64,000 nt of DNA from the NCBI RefSeq assembly GCF_963676685.1, contig NC_092346.1, forward strand, positions 90,458,001 through 90,522,000, read 5' to 3'. Both the position numbers and the translations under genes were made by a program. The first letter of the stretch is position 1. Every line of letters begins with the position of its first letter. This DNA comes from Mytilus edulis (Eukaryota). The notes under the pieces are model-generated. The model was not told where the DNA came from. It made no database searches and was given only the letters and a program-made list of their open reading frames with translations. Positions 1 through 11,300 of this stretch are shown here, in pieces.

Positions 1-108
1 GGCATTAAGTGGTCGTTATTCTATGAAAATAAGTTTGATTCGGAAAATGATCCAAACAAAGTCTTAAAATATCAATAGTTATCAAAAGTACCACGATTAT
101 AATTTAAA

Positions 109-152
109 ACGCCAGACGTGCGTTTCGTCTACACAAGACTCATCAGTGACGC
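109..152 (-). ncRNA. Type I hammerhead ribozyme (intact core)
   Basis: GCGUCA-CUGAUGA-GUCU(ugugu)AGAC-GAAA-CGCACG-UC/UGGCGU; stems I and II pair, minimal stem III. Confidence 0.85.
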
Positions 153-462
153 TCAGATCAAAATAGTTAGAAAGCCAAGCAAATACAAAGTTGAAGAGCA
201 TTTAGGACCCAAATTCCAAAAAGTTGTGCTAAATACGGCTTAGGTAATCTACTCTTGGGGTCAGAAAATCCTAAGTTTTTCGAAAAATTTAAAGTTTTGT
301 AAACAGAAAATTTATAAAAATGACCATATAATTGATATTCATGTCAACACCGAAGTGCTGACTACTTGGCTGGTGATACCCTCGGGGACGAAACGTCCAC
401 CAGCAGTGACATCGACCCAGTGGTGTAAATAGTTATCAAAAGTACCAGGATTATAATTTAAA

Positions 463-506
463 ACGCCAGACGCGCGTTTCGTCTACACAAGACTTATCAG
501 TGACGT
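463..506 (-). ncRNA. Type I hammerhead with G8A core mutation (probably inactive)
   Basis: ACGUCA-CUGAUAA-GUCU..AGAC-GAAA-CGCGCG-UC/UGGCGU. Confidence 0.75.
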
Positions 507-772
507 TCAGATCAAAATAGTTAGAAATACAAAGTTGAAGAGCATTGAGGACCAAAAATTCCCCAAAAATATGCCAAATACGGCTAAGGTAATCTACTTC
601 TGGGGTAAGAAAATCCTAAGTTTTGCAAAAATTCAAAGTTTTGTAAACAGAAAATACAATACAACCATCACACCGAAATAATTGACTAAACCGGGAAAAA
701 ATAATGTCGTAAATAATGAACATACACTATACCATAGATGTTAACAAGTTATCCATAAAAGGCCCTAGCTTG

Positions 773-2018
773 AACAAGAGTGCACACGCTGAAATGTCTC
801 GCCTTCTTTACTAATCACTGATATTATGTTGATAGTCCTCAGTAAAACGCTTTATCAAAACTGTCACATGAACTTAACATTAACCAAGATAACTAAACAA
901 AGACCTGTTAACCATGAAAATAAGGTGAAAGTCAGATGAACCATGCTAGGCAGACATGTACAGTGAACAATGCTTCCATACAACAAATATAGTTGACCTA
1001 TTACTTATAGTTTAAGAAAAATAGATCAAAGCACAAAAAACTTAACACTGGGCAATGAACCGTGAAAATGAGGTCGAGGTCAAATTAAACCTGCACGACT
1101 GACATTAAGATCATAAAATATTTCCATACACAAAATATAGTTGACCAATGGCATATGCATGTAGTATTAGATAAAAAAAAAACAAACTCAAAAACTTAAC
1201 TTTGACCACTCAACCATGAAAATGAGGTCAAGGTCAGATAAAATTTGCCCGCTAGACATGTACACCTTACGATCATTCCATACAGCAAATATATAGATCT
1301 TTTGCATAAAGTATGAGAAAAACAGACCAAAACACAAATCTTAACTATGACCACTGAACCATGAAAATGAGGTCAAGGTCAGATGACACCTGCCAGTTGG
1401 ATATGTACACCTTACAGTCCTTCTATACATCGAATATACTAGCCATATTGCTTATATAATATAGTATAAATATAGTATAGTATAATATGGCATATAGTAT
1501 ATGAGATATGGACTTGACCACCAAAACATATCTTTGTTCACTGATCCATGAAATGAGGTCGAGGTCAAGTGAAAACTGTCTGACGGCCATGAGGACCTTG
1601 CAAGGTATACACATACCAAATATAATTATCCTATTACTTATAATAAGAGAGAACTCAACATTGCAAAATATCTTAACTTTTTTTCAAGTGGTCACTGAAC
1701 CATGAAAATGAGGTCAAGGACATTTGACACGTAACTGACGGAAACTTCGTAACATGAGGCATCTATATACAAAGTATGGAGCATTCAGGTCTTCAACCTT
1801 CTAAAATATAAAGCTTTTTAAAAGTTAGCTATCTCTGCCGCCGCCGCTGCCACCGGATCACTTTTGCCAAAAATATGAGAAAAACAGACCAAAACACAAA
1901 AACTTAACTATAACCACTGAACCATGAAAATGAGGTCAAGGTAAGATGACACCTGTCAGTTGCAATGTACACCTCACAGTCCTTCCATACATCGAATATA
2001 CTAGCAATATTGCTTATA
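773..2018 (+). mobile_element. Helentron/HINE-like non-autonomous element with ~150-160-bp tandem core
   Basis: Starts AACAAGAG, repeated ACCATGAAAATGAGGTCAAGG units, (GCC)n microsatellite at 1837-1853; interrupted by the CACTA element. Confidence 0.7.
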
Positions 2019-2121
2019 CACTACCAATAATTTACCCACACTTTTTTGGTACATTTCTACCCTCGTGCATATCAGTACTGTAAGGAAAGACTGAAAACTT
2101 ATAATGTTATACTTTCAATGA

Positions 2122-2430
2122 AATCAGTACTGATTTTGTCAGTACTGATTTTGACAGTACTGTTTTAGTACTGATTTTGACAGTACTGTTTTAGTACTGA
2201 TTTTGACAGTACTGTTTTAGTACTGATTTTGACAGTACTGTTTCAGTACTAATTTTGACAGTACTGTTTTAGTACTGATTTTGACAGTACTGTTTCAGTA
2301 CTGATTTTGTCAGTACTGATGTTGACAGTACTGTTTCAGTACTGATTTTGACAGTACTGATTTCGTCAGTAATGATTCAGTACTGATTTCGTAAGTAGTG
2401 TTTCGTTACTAATTTCTTCAGTACTGTTTC
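2122..2430 (+). repeat. 26-bp subterminal tandem array (CAGTACTGTTTTAGTACTGATTTTGA)
   Basis: Period 26 (e.g. 2181, 2207); two AGTACT palindromes per unit. Confidence 0.92.
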
Positions 2431-3039
2431 ATTATAACACTTTTTAAATCAGACTGTATCTGTATAGTGATGCCTAGTTGTTTTGTATATTTGGGGTGGG
2501 TTAATTGTTCTCTTTGACACTTACCCCATTTCCATTCATTTTCTATATCGTGACATGTTAATGTTTTCGTTATGTTTTTTTTTATTTCTCTGATTTTTGT
2601 TGTCCTGAAGTGGTTCAGCTTTAGATCCAGCTCTTCGACAGTTACTTTAGCTTTTTTTTTTTTTTTTAAATATTCTGGCTTTATGTCATATTTATTGTCA
2701 GAATTGCATCTTGTGTGGTCTACAAGGTTTATGTTTTTAATACTTATTAATACTTCTATTTGACAATACCATATGACATGTATTTATATCTTGCTTGAGT
2801 CAAATCAGAACATATTGAACATTGGAACTCGATATATTACTTTTGAGAAGATGGGTGGATGGATTGATGTTATGTGATCCAGTGGCAAGTTAAGTGCAGG
2901 AAGAGGACATGATACTCAGATATAAATACAATGTAATTACCATATTTTGTACAGAACTAGACCAATAATGCACTTAGCTCCTTTTTAACATGCTAGTTCA
3001 CCACAAGGAGAGAATCTGCTATAAGACATGTTCCCCTAC

Positions 3040-3210
3040 ATGATCACTGAACTAGTATATATTTGTTTAGGGGCCAGCTGAAGGACGCCTCCGGGTGCGG
3101 GAATTTCTCGCTACATTGAAGACCTGTTGGTGACCTTCTGTTGTTGTTTTTTATTTGGTCGGGTTGTTGTCTCTTTGACACATTCCCCATATCCATTCTC
3201 AATTTTATTA
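3040..3210 (+). mobile_element. SINE-like repeat 3' part (ggggccagctgaaggacgcctcc...ctcaattttatt); another copy at 38915-39045
   Basis: Two similar copies in the window; T/A-rich tail. Confidence 0.65.
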
Positions 3211-3972
3211 TTTATAAATTCATTACATTTTCTTTCCTCAGAATAATTAACAGCAATGGAGACAGGGGCAGACATGGGAATGTTCGATGTGAAAATTGAA
3301 GACCTATAAACAAAATGATGTATCTAGACAATATGGCACTCATCAGAAACCATTGAATCCTGAGTACCAAAACATTAAAGGTGGATGCTTATAATGAGCT
3401 CATATTAGAACTAAAGTGTCCTCTTGAATTACCACTGTACTTGTAAAAAGACACATCATATCCGGGACTGAATTGAGGAAAAGAGCCAGGAAACTGACAT
3501 TCAACAAAGCATTCCAAAGAAAAGATGGCATAGGGGGAGAGCAATGAAACATGATACATGCAAAATCGTTTCTTTGATTGTTTTATTTATGAGCTTTAAA
3601 GGGTCATAAAATAACCAAGGGACATGAAAATGACAGAGATTTTTGCCACAAACTTCACATGTTGGTATGACATTGAATGTTTTATTATATATTAAAAAAT
3701 GGTTATGATAAATAAAGGAAATTCCAGTTATTATTAAAAATAAGGTAATCGAGACATTGTTTTGTGTTGATTATAATGCATTGCCTAACATAGTAACATA
3801 TAACTGCATTAATTACAACATATTTTAAGCAATAGCAAAATACCAAAAAATGAACAGTATTGAAGATTCTAATCTTGTTTGATATACATATAAATTATGC
3901 GCTATTATACAATTGATACTGTAAAATATCAGCCTCGAACCACAGTGTGAATCTTCCTGATGTCGAGTGCGT

Positions 3973-4295
3973 ATTATTTTTATAAACACTGAAAGACAGT
4001 CACAATCAAAATCAAGAAGTAAGCAAAGAATCACAAAACGAAAGGGCATTTACAACAACACATTGAAAAATACATATATAAAAACAACACGAACTCCATT
4101 AAAAACCGGGAGTGAATTCAGATGCTCCTAATGCATATTATTTTTATAAACACTGAAAGACAGTCACAACCAAAATCAAGAAGTAAGCAAAGAATCACAA
4201 AACAAAAGGGCATTTACAACAACACTTTGAAAAATACATAAAAGACCACACGAACTCAATTAAAAACCGGGAGTGAATTCAGGTGCTCCTAATGG
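3973..4295 (+). repeat. ~163-bp tandem duplication inside the CACTA element
   Basis: 3973-4133 is repeated at 4136-4293; ends resemble the Penelope-associated ggtgctcc family. Confidence 0.85.
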
Positions 4296-4714
4296 GTAAA
4301 ATCCGATAAACTGCTTATCTTGCTTCATTTCTGTTGTTTTCTCCTTCGCTTAAATAGTATTTCGATAGACGAGAGTAAGCTTGATAATTTTCCTTGGTCA
4401 TGTTCACGTCGCAAAAAAAAATCTGCGCAGCAGGGTGATATAGTCTAAGAGAAAAACGTAACCAGCTAAAAAAGGACAATAATAATATTGTCACAGAATT
4501 ATCAAACCTATATTTTGATACCAATTGTACTGAGATGCACATTGTAAAAACTTCTCTAATGATAAACACTTAATCAGAGATATCTACAAAAGATACAAAA
4601 TATGTCACAAATTATTATATAGCATACTATACTTACCGAGTTTAAAAGTTTTCAGTTCCAAATATTTTTTGAAACAATACAACACATTCAAGTTAAAAAG
4701 ATTAACAACACCAA

Positions 4715-4975
4715 ATCTACTGAAACAGTACTGAAAATAACAATACCGAAATAGTACTGTCAACATCAGTACTGAAAATCAGTACTGAAACAGTACTGTC
4801 AAAATCAGTATTAAAACAGTACTGATAAAATCAGTACTGAAACAGTACTGTCAAAATCAGTACTAAAACAGTACTGTCAAAATCAGTACTGAAACAGTAC
4901 TGTCAAAATCAGTACTAAAACAGTACTGTCAAAATCAGTACTGAAACAGTACTGACAAAATCAGTACTGATTTCA
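4715..4975 (-). repeat. Inverted copy of the 26-bp AGTACT array
   Basis: Reverse complement of 2122-2430. Confidence 0.92.
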
Positions 4976-5264
4976 TTGAAAGTATAACATTATAAGTTTT
5001 CAGTCTTTCCTTACAGTACTGATATGCACGAGGGTAGAAATGTACCAAAAAAGTATGGGTAAATTATTGGTAGTGTATGATGTGCATAAAATAGAATAAC
5101 ACACATAAACCTATATCGGAAATTCATATATGAATTGTTTCCTTGATTGCTTTTATTTACGACTTTTGATTCCTAAACTATCACAGGAAGTTGACACAAA
5201 TATACATGTAAACAAGATACTCACATACATACAAATCCTTATTAGAAACGTACAAATTGGAAAT

Positions 5265-5359
5265 ATGCTTAACAATCTAAAAATCAAAATCATATTGATG
5301 GCATATGTTTTTCCTTCGGAAGTAAATTGTAAGAACCGTAACTGTACTTCTCTTATATC
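5265..5359 (+). CDS. Plus gene exon 1 (ATG, signal-peptide-like)
   Basis: ATG at 5265; donor TC|GTAAGT is phase 2, matching exon 2. Confidence 0.7.
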
Positions 5360-8300
5360 GTAAGTATTTTGTATAATATTGTACTAATATGAAAATATCC
5401 GTAACGTTATAAACTTAATCCTATTTTAAGGTAGTTTGAAAGCTAAGATGTTTGCTAAGTTACTGTAAGTTTCAAACGAGGTATTCTAAATCAAAATAGA
5501 ATTTTAAGTGTATAGAATGTACATAACGTTACAAAAGTATATATATTGACTGCGGTTACCTATAATATGTCTTTACAAAAACTTGTTATGTCTAAACAGT
5601 CAATGTATTCATTTTTTATATTGTTTGTTACGCGAAATATCACCTTTTATCCCTTTCTTAGCCAATTTTAAACCAACCGATTTGAAATGTCATATTAACA
5701 TCTTTCCCCCAAATGTGCGAAGACGCTAATGTTAAGGAGATTTATGGTCTTTTGGTTTTAATCTCTGGCATTGCTACTTCTTTTTACGTTTATGCCCTGT
5801 TGCATTTGAAGAAAACAGAATTATGTTCAGTGGTTATATCGTTTGTTGATGTGGTTCATAGGTGTTTCTCGTTTCTCACTTGTATATAGATTAAATGGTT
5901 TTACACTAGTCATTTGTTGGACTCTTAATAGCTTGCTCGGTGAGAGCCAAGACTCCATGTTGAAGACCGAACTTTGACCTATAATGGTTTAAATTTACAA
6001 AGTGAATGATTCGAAATCATCGAAAACACATTCATGTGACCTAGCTAAAGATTGGTATAACTCGTCTTTAAAATGAAAAGAATGTCAATATCTAAAGTGA
6101 AACAAATGGGAACCATTTCGTTGACTGATTCAATCCAAAAAAGAAATCTAAACTATTATTTAACCTATAACATGAAATAAAACAAACCTAAAAAAAATCA
6201 AAATACATTGTACGCGAGGTCGTCATGCACATTTATTAGTGTTTTGATCGGGTTGAATGACAATCGGCAGTCTACGGTTGTAATCTCGAACGCAAATCAG
6301 ATGGAGTCTTGACTAAAATATATACGAAGTTCTGATATATATATAATCTGGTATATGCAGTGTTAACTGCCTATTTCAGTCTTAGTGTAATTCGAATAAC
6401 CATTATAATCATATATGAGAGTTTGTGTCAAATCAGTGAAGATGGATTTGACAGCTTGTACCCCTTTAAACATCTTTAGCCAGATCATTAATTGATATAA
6501 ATATTGAATCATGTAATAACCACATTAGAATTGCTTGTTATTCACTTAATTTTAATACTGGTATCTATGATAAGTGTATTGGCACTAGATAACACGTCAT
6601 AGATATCTAACATGTGAATTTAATTTTATATGGCCAAAACTTAACTCTCAATTTATTGCAACGATTGTGATGGTTATTTTGAACAATGAGTTTCAACGGT
6701 TAAATATCTCTTTTGTATATTTTTTTTGTGCTGCTTCTTCTGGCATTACTAAAAAAACTCATAAGCCAACTTGCTTTATAAGAACTAGGCTTGATACCAG
6801 ATGTAATCAATGACGATTTTGTTAAAAAAAAGTTTATTGAAAAAAGCCTTATATGGTAGGGCACTAGTTTGTTGATACACATTTCAGATTAAATATTAAA
6901 AGTTATATAAGTAAAGTAAAATGTTAATTGCCTAAATATGTTCCCGTATTTTCAGAGATAAAAGTCCACGAGGTTATCCGGTGTACAGGTTGATATATAG
7001 ATGCTGTCTTAACTATCATTTACTAAACGGAAAATGTGAAGGTAACTTCAAAATTAATTCTGTGTTTAAACTTTTTTGTATTATTCTAATTTGGTTAGAA
7101 TACAAAGCAAAATTTTCAATATTTTTTTTGCGTTCCCCTTGTCAGAAAATATAAATTCGCAGGAATAATGTCATAGCCAAATCAACAGTTTACTTCAAAT
7201 ATGTCTCCATCTTATGGTACTTATTTTAAATACATGGACCAGGCAGTAACTTGAATATATTATTTTGAAAAATAAAGAATTTAGTTGAAATTATAGGTCA
7301 TTATTTGAGTGGGAACTCACTCAATAAAATTTGCCCTCTCCAAAATGTAATAGATTGTATGTCGTCCAATATCTAAAAAAATATTTATACCAACCATTAA
7401 ACATTAAATATTTTAAATCGTAATGCCAGAGACTTTCAATATACCAAAGAATGTAGGGCCCCGTTGATAAGTTTGCCCTAGAGTTTTCAAACTTGAAATA
7501 TACGAATAGTTGCTAGTTATCACATTTGAAAAAATCACTTTGCAAATTCATTTGCTTTATCTTTTTTAAAGCCTTTTCTGTAACGGAAAAAAGTATATGC
7601 TAGATACACTTATTACTGAAAATGTGATGATAAGATTGCAGCCTTAAATGTTTTCCTGGACAGCGCATAAAGATAAAAGGAGTGTTATGATTGCCATTCC
7701 CAATTGAATGGTTTAACACTAGTCAGATTTGGGGGCCTTTATAGCTTGCTGCTCGGTATGAGCCAAGGCTCCGTGTTGAAGACCGTACTTTGACAAATGA
7801 TTTACTTTTACAAATTATGACTTGAAAAAAGTAAAAACACAAAAATACTGAACTCCGAGGAAAATTCAAAAAGGAAAATCAAAAATCAAAAGGCAAAATC
7901 AAAATCAAAAGTCCAAACAAATCTAAACGAATGGTTAAGAACTGTCATATTCCTGCCTTGGTACAGGCATTTTCTAATGTAGAAAATGATGGATTGAACC
8001 TGGTTTTATAGCTAGCTAAACCTCTCACTTGTATGACAGTCGCAACAAATTCCATTACATTGTCAACGATGCATGAACAAAACAAACATACTCAAAGAGT
8101 AAAAATGTCAAAAATAAGGGTACAGCAGTCAGTATTGTGTTATCATCCTAATATCGCTATAAAAACAACAAATGTAACGAAGAGGCACAACAAGGCATAC
8201 ATCAAATTTAACATCCTCATATTGCTTTTCTTATACGACTTAATTTATCTATGTAAAGTCTACTCGTAAAGGATAGAAGGTTTTCAGTACTGGTGTAAAA

Positions 8301-11300
8301 TTGCGCGTTTGAAATTCGCATATAGGTAGACATAAAACAATTTTGTCGTTCAAAGTACATACATAAATGCAGAGTCACGTAAAGTAGATATAACAACAAA
8401 AAAACAGACTTAACAGTAAAAGTAATAATAATAAATAAAATAATTAGAATGGAGAGTTGTCGCATTAGCACGCATACCACATTTCTATTTAATATATATG
8501 TTTGTTTCGGTGATATGGTGTATCGACAGATAGAAGGTATCCATATGAGCACTAATTGCACTCATCTAAAAGCAAATTATTCATGCATTGATATGAATCA
8601 CGTTTTATGGACAAAGCAGCATAGAAACGTCATTGATACAGTTGGTTGACACATTCAACAATTACAACCGTTATCTTGGTGATATTCTTTACGTTAGATT
8701 ATAAAGAGTTTTCTTGATATGACACAACAATTTAGCTAAAGGAACTTACTTCAAATAAATCTCATTTCAATTTCAAAGGTAAACTCTATACTAAAATTTC
8801 AAACAAAAGGAACAATTTTTCTTTCCCTATTGTAAATTTTCTTTAATAGTCAGCGAGGTTTATTGACCCCATAATACGTTTTTAAGTATCTCGTTCGTTA
8901 TGCCCGTTTGTGGAGTGATGTCATCGATTTTAACGGACGTAATCATGCATCACTGGTAAATGATAAACATGATTAAGTGAGAGATTTCGCTACCATATAT
9001 ATTAAAACATTTAAAAATTTTCCTCTTAACAATCGTATTAGTGAATTCTGCTGTACATATACACAGCACTGTTGCATACGTATTATTGAATATCTCATTT
9101 GACCAAAATATCACTTGGTGTAAATTAACCAATTATCAGAATTGACGAACAGACGCCATTGATGCCTTGATTTGTTTTTCAGTACAACAAATAACAAACA
9201 CTGATTTTGTTTGGATATTGAATTGTCATGGCAACATTTAATCAAAATTCATTCATAAAACAACAACAACTGTTACAAAAACAGTGCACAACCAAAATAT
9301 TTGTCAATCAATAAAATGTTGATGACGATTGAAATAATCATTGTATCACAGCTGGGCGATCCAAAGCTGGTGTACTGAAGGGCGGTCCATTCAGCAATAT
9401 TTCAGAATTAGCAGCTGGGCTATCCATAGTCTGCATAAAATGAAGTAAATTACGCTCCGGTTGTGTGACTGCTTCAGCATGTTACCATGACGGATATGTG
9501 TTTGAAGACTGGAGCGTCTGAAAAATAAATAAAACCAGCAGCAAACAAAGTTAAATTCTTAAGGGTGGGAGAGGATGTGTCTTAATTTTTTAACATCCTC
9601 TCCGTTCGGTTTTCAAGGTAAAAGAGACCGTTAAATTGCACGGACTTTTTCTTCTCGGCTGTCACATGCTCAAATTAGCATAATAAGAGTAAAGGACGAC
9701 TCGATTTGTCGAGTCTCAATACATGTATATGTTAATTCAATAAATTAATTTAATTTTCATTTAATTAAATTCTACTATTTCTGTACTAAAAATGTGTAGT
9801 ACTGGAAATTTACTTTTAATATTCAGTACTATTTTGTTACTCTAAAATTATTGTAATATTTTTGTACCTGTATTTTACAGTACTTTATTTGTACTTGAAA
9901 TTTAGGTACTACATATCTTTGGTTACTACCGTTACATTTTCAGCACTTTGAAAGTTTTTCTATTTCAAATCTCTCAAATTTATGATTTTCAAACATGGAA
10001 TATTTTATAATTTCTGTACCAAAATATTTAGTACAAATTAAATACTGTTAAATAAAAGAACCTAAATATTACAATAGTTTTAAAGTAAAGAAATAGTACT
10101 AAATACTAAAAGTAAATTTCCAGTACTGAATTTTTTAAGTACAGAAATAGTACATATGCAAAAGTAGCTGTGTAGAAAGCTTATAAAAATGATATGTCAC
10201 AGCCTTAATGTTACGTATTATCATTGTCATTAAAGCGGGAGGTTTGGCTTCACACAAAATCAGGTTCAATCCATCATTTTTTCTTTAAATGTCCTCTTCC
10301 AATTAATTTAGGCTATTGTTATCATATAGTTCATTTCTGTGTGTGTTGCTTTTTAGTGTTCTGGTGTGTCATTGTTCTCCTATATTTGATGTGATTCCCT
10401 CAGTTTCAGTTTGTAACCCGGATCTTGTTTTTCTTAATCGATTTATGTATTTTGAACAATGGTATACTACTGTTGCCATTTTTCGTTACGTTATACTGTC
10501 CTTCAAGCACGGAAATCACTAGATGATCTATATAAACTCATTAAACATTTAAACCATATTATAAGTAAAATTGTCTTATTAGTGATGTATTATTAAACAT
10601 GCTAGAACATTCTACATTTATCAGCACTAAATTTTATTAAGAATGTCCACCAGGAACGTACGGGTCACATGGGATGTGCGATAAACCGTGTCCAGAGAAC
10701 AGTTATGGGAGATTTTGTTCCCTGACATGTCATTGCGAAAAGAATGAAAGGTAAAATATTTCTTTAGTTGAATCAATTTATCATTATCAAATTGTTATGT
10801 ATGTAAGAAGGATATATTAAATCTTCACTGACTATAAGGGAAAGAGATGTGTTTTTTATTAATTTGTCTTTCTTTGCTGAATAGAAAAATGTTACATGCA
10901 TATTTTGGCTATTTTCTTGATGTCGTCATTTCTGTTCCTGTTTATTCAAATTCGTAGTTTCAAATACCCTATCAAGTACAGATAAAACAAGACGATGCCT
11001 TAACAATTTGCTTTTCAGACTTTTGTCTTTTAGAAAAGTGTGCTCTGTGCTGAACATGAACGGTTATAGAACACCGTGTGTTAGGTCAAATTAACCATAT
11101 TTTGGAAAATGACAATGTACGCGGACTGAATATATCGCCATTGAATATGTCACCGTTTATTAGAAGCTTTGCTATTTTATCGTTTGAAGACTAACGTTTA
11201 TTACAAAACAACATTAGAAAAAAGGATTTGAAATATTACTATCTGAATTGATGATAATGTTTGAACGACATGTGAATCAAATATTTCCCATTCCTGATTT

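Larger units (their letters stand above)
74..655 (-). mobile_element. Non-LTR retrozyme-type tandem repeat (354-bp unit, ~1.6 copies) carrying type I hammerheads
   Basis: AATAGTTATCAAAAGTACC recurs at 74 and 428; each unit has a hammerhead on the minus strand. Confidence 0.85.
2019..5075. mobile_element. Non-autonomous CACTA/EnSpm-like foldback element
   Basis: TA|CACTACCAATAATTTACCC...GGGTAAATTATTGGTAGTG|TA; near-perfect inverted arms of more than 300 bp; no transposase ORF. Confidence 0.88.

Noticed and set aside
2122-2430. CRISPR-like regular palindromic repeats
   Set aside because: There are no unique spacers and no cas genes, the context is eukaryotic, and the array is mirrored at the other end of a TIR element.
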